Positions 1 to 8,520 of a stretch of 64,000 nt of DNA are shown piece after piece. Source of the DNA: Desulfatiglandales bacterium. Lineage in GTDB: Bacteria > Desulfobacterota > DSM-4660 > Desulfatiglandales > Desulfatiglandaceae. Numbering within the stretch: the stretch's first letter is position 1; every line of letters starts with the position of its first letter. The stretch spans positions 6,368,001 to 6,432,000 of the forward strand of contig OY759599.1 of assembly GCA_963662465.1 (NCBI GenBank), in the 5' to 3' direction. The position numbers and the translations under genes were made by a program. The notes under the pieces were generated by a model that worked only from the letters and a program-made list of their open reading frames with translations, searched no databases and was not told where the DNA came from.

Positions 1-356
1 TGTCGGCCGTGAACGATGCCTTCAATCCGGCCCGGATAATTCGCATGGCCCTTTACGGCATGAAAGAGGAGATCCTCAAGAGCCCTTTTATCTGGCTCTG
101 CTCCAGTTGTTACACTTGTCAGGAGCGTTGCCCTCAAGGGGTCAGGATCACGGACTTTATGACGCTGTTGAAAAACATGGCCGTCAAGGAAGGCCATGCG
201 CCGTCAGGTATCAGGGCGCAGATGGATTTGACAAAAGGGCAGGGGAGAATCTATCCATTGGACGATTTTGACAACAAAAAGCGGAAAAAAGCCGGACTGC
301 CGCAGCTGCCCACTTCCTGCGGCGTGATCAAGGAACTGTTTCCGGAGCAGGTATAA
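1..356 (+). CDS. hdrC: Heterodisulfide reductase subunit C-like 4Fe-4S protein (5'-partial)
   Basis: WLCSSCYTCQERCP ferredoxin motif; directly upstream of an hdrB-like gene; frame begins before the window. Confidence 0.85.
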   Translation, partial: SAVNDAFNPARIIRMALYGMKEEILKSPFIWLCSSCYTCQERCPQGVRITDFMTLLKNMAVKEGHAPSGIRAQMDLTKGQGRIYPLDDFDNKKRKKAGLPQLPTSCGVIKELFPEQV

Positions 357-368
357 GTTTAAGCAAAA

Positions 369-402
369 AAAACTTAAAACTTAAAACTTAAAACTTAAAA
401 CT
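369..402. repeat. AAAACTT heptamer tandem repeat (4 full copies + 1 partial)
   Basis: Read directly; related units at ~19248-19260 and ~52607-52637. Confidence 0.9.
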
Positions 403-429
403 GCGGCTTGCCGCCTTAGGAACGACGCT

Positions 430-1302
430 ATGAAATACGCACTTTTTTTAGGCTGTACCATTCCCGCAAGGGCACGAAACTATGAGCTTTCCGCGAGACG
501 GGTGGCGGAAAAGCTGGGGATCGAACTGGTGGATATGGAAAATTTCATCTGTTGCGGTTTCCCCACAAAAGCCGGCGATATGGATGCTTCTCTGCTGATG
601 GCCGCCTATAACCTGGCGCTGGCTCAGAAGGAAAAACTGGATATATGCGCTCTGTGCAGTTCCTGCACTTCCGCTTTGGCGGAGGCTGCGCATCATTTAT
701 CGGAGAGTGAAGAAGATCGTGCGCGGGTCAATGAAAGATTGTCCCATGTGGGGCTGCAATATGAGGGTTCTCCCCGAATTCGGCATTTTGCTCGCGTCCT
801 GTTTGAAGAGGTGGGGGCTGAGAAGATTCAGGCGCACCTTGAAAAGGATTTGAGCGGCTTGAATATTGCGGTGCATTATGGTTGCCACTATCTGAAGCCC
901 TCTAATATCCATGACGGTTTTGATGATCCGGAAAATCCCGCCTCACTGGAAGCCCTGGTGGCGCTTACCGGCGCAAAGGTGGTGGATTATGCCGGTAAGA
1001 AAACCTGTTGCGGCGGACCGGTGCTTCCCGTGGATGAAAAAGCGGCCATGAGCGTCACCAAGGGAAAACTGGACAATTTGAAGACGGCCGGCGCCGATGC
1101 CCTCTGTCTGGTGTGCCCATTTTGTTCCGTCATGTACGACGGAAACCAGAAAGGCATTGAGGCCGAATATGAAACCGAATATCATATTCCGGTTTTGTAT
1201 TTAACCCAGATCCTGGGGTTGGCCATGGGCTTTGATCGAAAGGCCCTCGGGCTCAATATGAATGTGGTGAAAACCAAGGACCTGCTCAAACCGTATTTTT
1301 AA
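430..1302 (+). CDS. hdrB: Heterodisulfide reductase subunit B-like (two CCG domains)
   Basis: FLGC, CCG, HYGCH, CCGG and CPFC motifs. Confidence 0.9.
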   Translation: MKYALFLGCTIPARARNYELSARRVAEKLGIELVDMENFICCGFPTKAGDMDASLLMAAYNLALAQKEKLDICALCSSCTSALAEAAHHLSESEEDRARVNERLSHVGLQYEGSPRIRHFARVLFEEVGAEKIQAHLEKDLSGLNIAVHYGCHYLKPSNIHDGFDDPENPASLEALVALTGAKVVDYAGKKTCCGGPVLPVDEKAAMSVTKGKLDNLKTAGADALCLVCPFCSVMYDGNQKGIEAEYETEYHIPVLYLTQILGLAMGFDRKALGLNMNVVKTKDLLKPYF

Positions 1303-1321
1303 CCGCCACAACAGGAGGCTT

Positions 1322-1786
1322 ATGATGTCTGTTTTTCTGGTGCAGCACGGGCTGAGTCTGCCGAAAGAACAGGACCCCGAGCGGGGTTTATCGGAAGCGG
1401 GAATTGCGGATGTCAGTCGCATCGCGGAGGTGGCAAAGGGCTACGGCGTACCGGTGGCCGCTATTGTCCACAGCGGTAAGAAGCGGGCGCGCCGGACCGC
1501 TGAAATTTTTGCCTCGGCCCTGAATCCCGAGGGCGGCGTTATGGAAATGCCCGGTCTCAACCCCATGGATGATGTGCGGGCCTTTTCCCAAAACCTGACG
1601 CCGGAGGACAACCGGATGTTTGTAGGCCATCTCCCCTTTATGGAAAAATTGACGACCTTTCTGGTCACGGGGGATACAAAGGGCCCGGTTTTTCAGTTTC
1701 AGAACGGGGGTATCGTCTGCCTGGGTCCATATGGGGATGAAAACGGCTGGGTGATCAAGTGGACGCTTATGCCGCACATTCGTTGA
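1322..1786 (+). CDS. sixA: Phosphohistidine phosphatase SixA
   Basis: LVQHG, HSGKKRA and VGHLPF motifs; AGGAGG SD. Confidence 0.85.
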   Translation: MMSVFLVQHGLSLPKEQDPERGLSEAGIADVSRIAEVAKGYGVPVAAIVHSGKKRARRTAEIFASALNPEGGVMEMPGLNPMDDVRAFSQNLTPEDNRMFVGHLPFMEKLTTFLVTGDTKGPVFQFQNGGIVCLGPYGDENGWVIKWTLMPHIR

Positions 1787-1954
1787 TTGTTCAGAACCGG
1801 ACGAATATGGAAATACCCATGTCAAAAACAGGGGAAAATAAAACATTTGGATCAAGCCGTCTCTCTATACGGTTTCCCGTTGCCGATTCTTTGAAACTAA
1901 CGATATTCTGTCAAATTCGTATTTTGATAGCCTTTCAAGGAAGGTAAAAAAGAA

Positions 1955-2368
1955 ATGACCGAACAGACCATAACTGTGACTTTGCCGGATTCGGTCTATG
2001 ACCGAATAAAAACGACAGCGCAGGCAACCTCTCTCTCTTTGGAGGAAGTTATAAAGCAGTTTGTTATTCTTTTATTGCCGGCTTTTGAATCCGATATCCC
2101 TGCAAATCTTCGTTCAAGCCTGACAAAACTTTCATTGTTGAACGATATTCATCTTTGGAAAACGGCAAATTCGGTAATGAAAAATGCTCACCAGTTGCGC
2201 TTGGAAGAATTGGCGGAAATCCAAAAACATCGTTCTCTTACAGATGATGAACACTCAGAACTGAACAGCCTGATGGATGAGGCTCAGCAGATCATGTTAT
2301 GTAAGGCGGAAGCACGGCGTCTTCTGGCGCAACGGGGCCATATTATTTTCAAATCGGTTGTGCATTAG
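1955..2368 (+). CDS. Hypothetical protein with RHH-like N-terminus (antitoxin-like partner of HNH)
   Basis: ITVTLPDSVY N-terminus; stop 1 nt before the HNH start. Confidence 0.6.
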   Translation: MTEQTITVTLPDSVYDRIKTTAQATSLSLEEVIKQFVILLLPAFESDIPANLRSSLTKLSLLNDIHLWKTANSVMKNAHQLRLEELAEIQKHRSLTDDEHSELNSLMDEAQQIMLCKAEARRLLAQRGHIIFKSVVH

Positions 2369-2369
2369 G

Positions 2370-2786
2370 ATGGCGGTATCTTCCGGATTACGAACACGGC
2401 TTGAAAAACGGGATAAAAAGCGCTGTCGGTATTGTCTTACAAGTGAGGATAACTGTGGGCTCCGGATGCATGTTGACCACATTCTACCCGAATCGGCCGG
2501 AGGCGGTACGACTTTCGATAATTTATGTTTGGCGTGTTTTTCATGCAATGTTTACAAAGGGGCAAAACAGACATGGCGTGATCCACAAACTCGGGATATG
2601 GTTCATCTGTTTCATCCTCTTCGCCATAGTTGGAATGATCATTTTCGGTGGGATGAAAGTAAAACAATGATATCGGGGCTGACATCCCGCGGTCGAGCGA
2701 CAATCGAAGCTTTAAACATGAACAATCCCACAGTTGTAAATGCACGAAGGCGCTGGGTCAGTGCGGGTTGGCATCCTCCTGAATAA
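2370..2786 (+). CDS. HNH endonuclease
   Basis: CRYC...VDHILPES.GG...NL..AC..CN motif; ATG at 2370. Confidence 0.85.
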   Translation: MAVSSGLRTRLEKRDKKRCRYCLTSEDNCGLRMHVDHILPESAGGGTTFDNLCLACFSCNVYKGAKQTWRDPQTRDMVHLFHPLRHSWNDHFRWDESKTMISGLTSRGRATIEALNMNNPTVVNARRRWVSAGWHPPE

Positions 2787-2913
2787 TCAGCCCTGAAACA
2801 CGTATTGAAAATGCTTGAACAAAATGACCCTGCGGTAATGGGGCTTTTAGAACGGGAGGCGATATGAATTCCATGATGATGGGGGCCGGGACCGGATTGA
2901 CCTGGGGCCGTCC

Positions 2914-3126
2914 ATGTCGGTGGCGAAGATAACCGCCGAAAGACTGGAAAAAGACGGCTTCAGCCGGGTGGATGAAAAGCCGGGTGCTGTTCTTCTGACG
3001 GGAAAAGATGATGATACGGGACGCCCCATTATGGTGAGCGTTTCGGAAGAAGCGGGCCTTACCACGGTGGTGACGTTGGAAAAGGAGTTCTACGATAAGT
3101 CCGGGGACAAGAAAGAGAATCGGTGA
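2914..3126 (+). CDS. Short hypothetical protein or gene fragment
   Basis: 70-aa ORF; no recognisable motif. Confidence 0.3.
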   Translation: MSVAKITAERLEKDGFSRVDEKPGAVLLTGKDDDTGRPIMVSVSEEAGLTTVVTLEKEFYDKSGDKKENR

Positions 3127-3752
3127 TCCCTGTCGGTTGTATTTGGGAAAGGCGGAAATCATTCCGATAAAAATTTTTCCGGGGTGATAATTCGGAAATC
3201 ATCTTGTCAGATCCCTGATGTTTCAGGTGATGATAAACTTCGCTTGACTAGGAACAGCCAGTTCGACCAAATGGTTGTCAGCCTCATCTCGTAAATTTGG
3301 GTGCCAACGGTAATAGATGTTGACCCTTTATGGCTCAACGCGGATTAACGTGAAAAAATGTTTCGCCACCAAGAAAAACCTCGGTGCATTCGTCATAAAG
3401 AATCGTATGTATTTGGAATCCGACGATCCCATGGTTATTTTTCCCACGCGGTAGGTCAGGGTGCGGCGCGTCCCGTTTTTTCCTCTGACGCTCTTGAATC
3501 CCAAATGGGTTGAAATCCATCAAACGACCGAAAAAACCCCAACGCGCCGTTCCCTGACATTCTCACCATTCCAACGTCGCCAATGGGATTATCGGTTTAT
3601 GCCGAATCAATGTCAGGTAATCCCGCGTGTGGACATGTGGAATTTTATACGTTCATGGGGGTTGGCATGAAAATCGAAATTTCGAGGTAAAAATGTGAAC
3701 GCGGGACAACCTGACCTACGGACTATACACCTTTTCCCCTCCGGGAATGTTT

Positions 3753-3997
3753 TCACGTCAATCCGCGATGAGCCCTTTTTATTACCCCGAGCTCGACACG
3801 TTCAAACATTTCCCCGAGTTTTACACCATCAACCAGTTCAACTTGCGGTGCTCCCTCGCGGTTGGCTTCCTGAACCGCAGCGTTGGTGAAGGACGAGGTC
3901 GTTATAATAATGCCCTTTTCAGCTCGGCCAATCATGGCATTCCGGAAATCACCAACTTGGGCACGTGACACCAAATTGCCTTTGACGTACCGTTTGT
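3753..3997 (-). pseudogene. mrr: Mrr-family restriction endonuclease, C-terminal fragment
   Basis: KRY...QVGDFRNAM...KGIIITTSSFT..A..EA...VELVDG. Confidence 0.85.
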
Positions 3998-4139
3998 CAG
4001 AGTTCCTGGTAAATGACCTTTACGCAACTTAACTGTTTGAAATCGTTATACTGGATCTTCTCATAATTTCGTGTGCATTTCAGATTTTAGTGCAGCGTAA
4101 CTAGCTGAAAATATTAGGTGGGGCAAAATATTTTTTTTA

Positions 4140-4168
4140 TTGACAAATGAAAACTGAAAAATTATCTT
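4140..4168 (+). promoter_or_regulatory. Sigma70-type promoter of the transposase
   Basis: TTGACA (4140-4145), 17-bp spacer, TATCTT (4163-4168). Confidence 0.65.
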
Positions 4169-4174
4169 CAGACC

Positions 4175-6442
4175 ATGATTGTCAAAACAGAAAAAATTAG
4201 CGACCTATCCATATGGACCGAGCGGGATTGGAAGGAAAAAATCACTGTTACGGTTTATCATGAGTATCGTCCTGTCGTCAGTTTCGATCCTGGGAAGATA
4301 AATGATAGGAGACTCGCTGCCGTACAACTTGTCGAGCTTGGTTATTGTAAAAACCGGGTTGCCGGTAAAATCTGTGGGTTTCACCGCAATACGGTTGGCA
4401 AACTGCTTCGCACCAAAAGACTTTTAGGTGTTGAGGCCATATTTGAGGACAACCGTGGTCCCAAGGCTCCCTGGAAATATATTGGCAGCATTCGCAAAAC
4501 CATCAAAAAACTTATCCGCGAGAATCCTGACTGGACTGACCAGCAGATTGCAAATGCCGCGGAAAAGCAAACTGAAACGACTATTTCGAGAAGTGCTGTA
4601 GCTCGTATCAGAACCGCGGACCAAGATGCAGAAACTGAAAAGCCTACAAAGCATGACTTGGAGCAACTGGCTAAAATTGCGGATAGTATTGATTTGAAGC
4701 AACACGACGAGCGACAGCTTTCTTTCAACTTTGAGGCTGATTCTGAGTTCAAAAAGAAGGTAGATGAATTTGCTGATGAGGATACACCCAAGCCACAAAC
4801 CGATACAGATAAAGTATTCCTGGATTATCTTCAACAGGGACAACGCAATGTCTTTGCCGGCATGCTTCTTCACCATCTGTTTTTAGATCATATCAACTTC
4901 CCAAATGCCTTTGATTTGCCTTCTTATTCCAATAATATGTATGATAATTATGAAGTGATGGAAACTGTCCTTTTCGGGTTGAACATCGGGTTGCCATCTA
5001 TCGAATCCCATAAGCTGGTCAACAGTAGGGACATGGGGCTTTTGCTGGGACGAACCAGTTCCCCCGATGAGACCACTATTCGGTTGCGTTTAAAACAGAT
5101 GGCCGAGTTCAAGCCCTCAGAGAGCCTGATAGATTATTTCGCAAACCTGTTTCTATCGTTGGGGTTCATCAACCCAGAGGTGTTTTTTATCGATGGGCAC
5201 TTCCTTCCCTATTATGGACTGAAAGTTCTATCCAAAGGCTACCATACCGTGAGACGAATTGTCATGAAAGGAAACGAGATTTATGTTGTCAGCGACCTTG
5301 ACGGGAAGCCTTTCTTTTCAATTACCGAAGGGTGTGATATCGATTTCAGGCCGATCATCATAAGAGCGGCCGACAAGATAATCAGCCTGGGTGTCGACCG
5401 CCCCATTGTGGTTTTTGATCGCGGTGGTTATGGTGTTCACTTTTTCAGTCAATTATCGAAAAGGGCTGACTTTATTACGTGGGCCAGGTATGTGAAAAAA
5501 GATGAATTGAAAGACTTGGAATATACGAGCTGCTTGATGTTTAATGGGAAAAGATATCTCATTGCCGAGAAAACAAAACTGATTCGTGAATCGATTTCTA
5601 CAGCTGCCAAAGAAGGCCGAACAGAGGCAACTTCGACAGAAGTACGTATGGTTGTTTTCAAGGAATTGGACAAGGATAGACCTGTGGCAATATATACCAG
5701 CAATCATCAAAAGCCTGCTCCTGATATTGCCGCATATATGCTTTCACGATGGGGAGAGTCTGAAAACTTTTTCAAAGAGATGATGTCCCTGTACAACTTC
5801 AATTATCATCCCGGTTATGATCTTAAAGAACTTGAAGAACAGCCTCTTGTAGATAATCCTGAGGTAAAAACAATCAAAAAAACGATCAAGGGAATTAAAC
5901 AAAAGATGGGGCAATTGGCGCTTGCAAAACAACAAACAGAGTCCAAAATAGAAGCACGAAAAGATCTTCGTCTTAAAAAAAAGCTAAACACGCTCCAGGA
6001 AGAGATAGAGAAATACGACAAAGAGCTTGACGGTTTTCAGGCAGCCTTAAAAGAAATGCCTGACAAAGTATCGATAATTGAAGTGCTGAAAGGCAGACCA
6101 ATGAACAAGGCAGATCTGGAGAAAAAGAAGCTCTACGACCTGATACAAATGATTGCCTTTCACTCACGCGAGCATCTGGTTGGCCTGTTCCGTTCATGTT
6201 ATGATGATCCGCGGGATGTGAAACAGATCCTGACAAAGGTCACAAAACTCCCTGGTTATGTGAAATTAGTCGGGAAAACACTTGTTGTGCTTTTAGATTG
6301 GATAGAGGACAAAAAGCATCGGAAGGCAGCAACAAGATTTTGCCATCTGATAAACACTATGTCGCCCAAATTGAGAGGTCGCATGGAGTTCGACCTTTAT
6401 TTTCGCATCTCCTCAATCCCTCAAGTGGGTTATTGCTGTTAA
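4175..6442 (+). CDS. Large DDE transposase (N-terminal HTH; IS1634/IS4-like catalytic motifs; coiled-coil insertion)
   Basis: FFIDGH, VVFDRGG and RWGESENFFK motifs; single ORF between the TIRs. Confidence 0.8.
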   Translation: MIVKTEKISDLSIWTERDWKEKITVTVYHEYRPVVSFDPGKINDRRLAAVQLVELGYCKNRVAGKICGFHRNTVGKLLRTKRLLGVEAIFEDNRGPKAPWKYIGSIRKTIKKLIRENPDWTDQQIANAAEKQTETTISRSAVARIRTADQDAETEKPTKHDLEQLAKIADSIDLKQHDERQLSFNFEADSEFKKKVDEFADEDTPKPQTDTDKVFLDYLQQGQRNVFAGMLLHHLFLDHINFPNAFDLPSYSNNMYDNYEVMETVLFGLNIGLPSIESHKLVNSRDMGLLLGRTSSPDETTIRLRLKQMAEFKPSESLIDYFANLFLSLGFINPEVFFIDGHFLPYYGLKVLSKGYHTVRRIVMKGNEIYVVSDLDGKPFFSITEGCDIDFRPIIIRAADKIISLGVDRPIVVFDRGGYGVHFFSQLSKRADFITWARYVKKDELKDLEYTSCLMFNGKRYLIAEKTKLIRESISTAAKEGRTEATSTEVRMVVFKELDKDRPVAIYTSNHQKPAPDIAAYMLSRWGESENFFKEMMSLYNFNYHPGYDLKELEEQPLVDNPEVKTIKKTIKGIKQKMGQLALAKQQTESKIEARKDLRLKKKLNTLQEEIEKYDKELDGFQAALKEMPDKVSIIEVLKGRPMNKADLEKKKLYDLIQMIAFHSREHLVGLFRSCYDDPRDVKQILTKVTKLPGYVKLVGKTLVVLLDWIEDKKHRKAATRFCHLINTMSPKLRGRMEFDLYFRISSIPQVGYCC

Positions 6443-6496
6443 AGCCTTGCTCATCGTTTCAGCCATCCTACGCAGGGTATCGTGTTTCGACCACAT

Positions 6497-6521
6497 GTAG
6501 GGGCGAAAAATCTTTCGCCCT
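6497..6521. repeat. GTAG-type REP-like hairpin
   Basis: GTAGGGGCGAAAAATCTTTCGCCCT. Confidence 0.6.
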
Positions 6522-6605
6522 AATGGCCGAAACAATGATCAAGGCCGCTGTTGAACTAAATGCACAATTTGAATTGAGAAAAAACGTCATTTACTATGAT
6601 GTCTG

Positions 6606-6786
6606 GTTTGTGCTGAAAGAGAACTTTGAAACTGACAAAGGGATTTATTTCAAGTGTTCCGTGCCCATCAATTCCAGCATCCGCCGAACCTCCAGTTCCC
6701 TCGACGTTTCCAAACCAGGACTCTCGCAAAAGTTCCCGGCATATCTCTTCGAAGCCAACCGGGCTTAATGACCGAAGCGTGCTGAG
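6606..6786 (-). pseudogene. mrr: Mrr-family restriction endonuclease, middle fragment (not in the ORF track)
   Basis: Manual translation LSTLRSLSPVGFEEICRELLRESWFGNVEGTGGSADAGIDGHGTLEINPFVSFKVLFQHK. Confidence 0.85.
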
Positions 6787-7430
6787 GTTGGCTCGTGTTT
6801 ATCCAGCCCTGCATTTCCAGCACGAGTTTCCTTTGTGGGCTATGTCCTTCCGTCAGGTCCTTCCCCTTGTGGCCGGCTTTCCCAACTGCTGACAATGCCT
6901 GATAAGACACCCCGCTGGCATATAGCCGCCTTACGACGACCCACCTGGTTCTTGCCAGGAGCACAACGGGGCTTCCCGAGTTCTACGGCGTATCTCTTCC
7001 TGCATGCCACGGCCTGAGGACTTCGGCGGACCTCCACATCCTCGCCATAAACGGATGCTTCTGTGTTGTCTTCGGTGAACGCTAAAACCCTCGACGTCCG
7101 CAATTGCTATTTCGAAGCTGTACCAGCACTTCAGGGTGCGCAATCACCCCTGCGGCCTACAGGATACTCTGCCTACGCTTAACCCATCTTGTTTGCTGTT
7201 CATGCCGTTAGGTGGGGTGAGTCCATCCACCTATTTGCTCCATCCCTGAAGCGCGCTCGTTTCCAACCGACATGTTTATGCCGATGTCCTACACCTTACA
7301 GGCAGAACAACTTCGCCATGGGTCCAAAGCTCGATACGGGTGGGTAGCTAACCCTTACAGAAAGCCATTACTGGTTTTCCTCCCGACAGGGATTTTCATC
7401 CTGCAAGATACGCCGAGCTTTCCTCGGCGC
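6783..7430 (-). mobile_element. Group II intron A, 5' part only (DI-DIII; RT ORF and DV/DVI deleted)
   Basis: 5' end (TC)GCGCCGAGGAAAGCTCGGCG...GAAAATCCCTGTCGGG and internal GGGAAAGCC...GGGGAAGG elements resemble bacterial group II introns; breaks off into mrr. Confidence 0.7.
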
Positions 7431-7477
7431 GCCGGGTAGCCGGGGGATGTTACCACCCCCGAGCCCCCTCAGAACCA

Positions 7478-7867
7478 CTATATAATGCCCATCAAAACCA
7501 GTTTATAACTCGGGTATATTACCCCTTTCACCCAAGAACCGGTGAAGAAATTTATGTGGTAGGTACCAGAAACCATCGTGGAGAAACTTGTTTTGTAACA
7601 AAGAAACCTGATGGTCGCCATGAATTGATACCTGCGTGGATGACCAATCCAAAGTATGAAAAGATATCCCTCGGCTCAAAACCCGCTATCGAAATCAGGG
7701 CGCTTAAGAATTTATATTGCTTAATAGTGAATAGAAAAATACCGTTTCCTCCTGATGAAGTCAATTCGAAAACAAGGAGGAAAGATGACGAAACAAAAAT
7801 ATCATCAACTTCGGCTTTGGGATTATTTACCATCACCGATCGAAATTCCAAGAGAAACACGAAATAG
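7478..7867 (+). CDS. DUF5372/Y4bD-like accessory ORF lacking a start codon upstream of its conserved motif in the integrated state
   Basis: YPFHP..G...IPAWMT motif; frame is open from the direct repeat and the first possible start (GTG 7556) lies after the YPFHP motif. Confidence 0.65.
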   Translation, partial: LYNAHQNQFITRVYYPFHPRTGEEIYVVGTRNHRGETCFVTKKPDGRHELIPAWMTNPKYEKISLGSKPAIEIRALKNLYCLIVNRKIPFPPDEVNSKTRRKDDETKISSTSALGLFTITDRNSKRNTK

Positions 7868-7946
7868 ATTGATTGATTTCCTTGCAGAGCTTCTGTCAGG
7901 TTTCTGGCAAAATTCTGAGGGTAACAGAAATAGAAAAGAGAAGTAG
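7785..7946 (+). CDS. Small accessory protein of the LSR element
   Basis: AAGGAGG SD; QLRLW...IPRETRNRLIDFLAELL, similar to small ORFs preceding this recombinase type. Confidence 0.55.
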   Translation: MTKQKYHQLRLWDYLPSPIEIPRETRNRLIDFLAELLSGFWQNSEGNRNRKEK

Positions 7947-8145
7947 TTTCACTAACGTAAAATCGCGGTCTGATATTGGAAGCAGTCAAGAGACTGGAGT
8001 TGTTGAAGCAAGCAGCTTAATCCGACTCAGAAAAATCGTAACGATAAATCATAAATAGCTTATTTTCCGATAGAAATAGGTGTTTAACTGAAAAACGTAC
8101 ACGGTATTCAAAAATATTGGACGAATTTGAAGGTGAAAAGGAGCG

Positions 8146-8352
8146 ATGAAAATGAGAGGTGGGAGTCGAAAAGGCGCTGGTCGAAAAAGGAGTCCTGAAC
8201 ATCTGAGGCGTATCCCCGTCACGATTCGGTTACGGAAGTGGATGGTTTCACAGATCAAAATGAAAGGCGAGATAGGGTATTTGATTGAACTCGAATTAGC
8301 GACGAAAAAGGGTTTTCTCGACTTACCAGATGATTATCTGGTCGGAAGCTGA
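8146..8352 (+). CDS. Small basic DNA-binding protein (RHH-like)
   Basis: AAGGAG SD; GGSRKGAGRK...PVTIRLRKW. Confidence 0.55.
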   Translation: MKMRGGSRKGAGRKRSPEHLRRIPVTIRLRKWMVSQIKMKGEIGYLIELELATKKGFLDLPDDYLVGS

Positions 8353-8445
8353 CTAAGGTGCGGTTATGGTCGCTCTTTTAATGGATATTTCGGCAGGAGC
8401 CACCGGAGCCTTCTATGACCTCGTCGCAGCTTACAATTACTCATA

Positions 8446-8490
8446 TGGGGGTCAAAATTCGGTTGTCGCAAGAGGTCAATTTTCGGTTGA
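8446..8490. repeat. IS21-like terminal sequence remnant
   Basis: Tandem GGTCAAAATTCGGTTG / GGTCAATTTTCGGTTG ending in TGACA. Confidence 0.5.
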
Positions 8491-8520
8491 CATTTCGAGA
8501 AAAGAAAGGTGGAAATGAGC

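Larger units (their letters stand above)
3998..6605 (+). mobile_element. IS element with 24-bp imperfect TIRs and 6-bp TSD GTTTGT
   Basis: Left end CAGAGTTCCTGGTAAATGACCTTT vs reverse complement of right end CAGACATCATAGTAAATGACGTTT (19/24); GTTTGT at 3992-3997 and 6606-6611; removal restores the mrr frame. Confidence 0.9.

Noticed and set aside
3993..6639. TTTGTCAG / CTGACAAA as the IS inverted repeats
   Set aside because: 6606-6639 still encodes Mrr (PFVSFKVLFQ); the ends at 3998/6605 give a longer TIR and a TSD.
7481..7486. TATAAT as part of a junction promoter formed on circularisation
   Set aside because: No -35-like hexamer at 17 bp in either the circular or the integrated state; it is better explained as part of the att arm.
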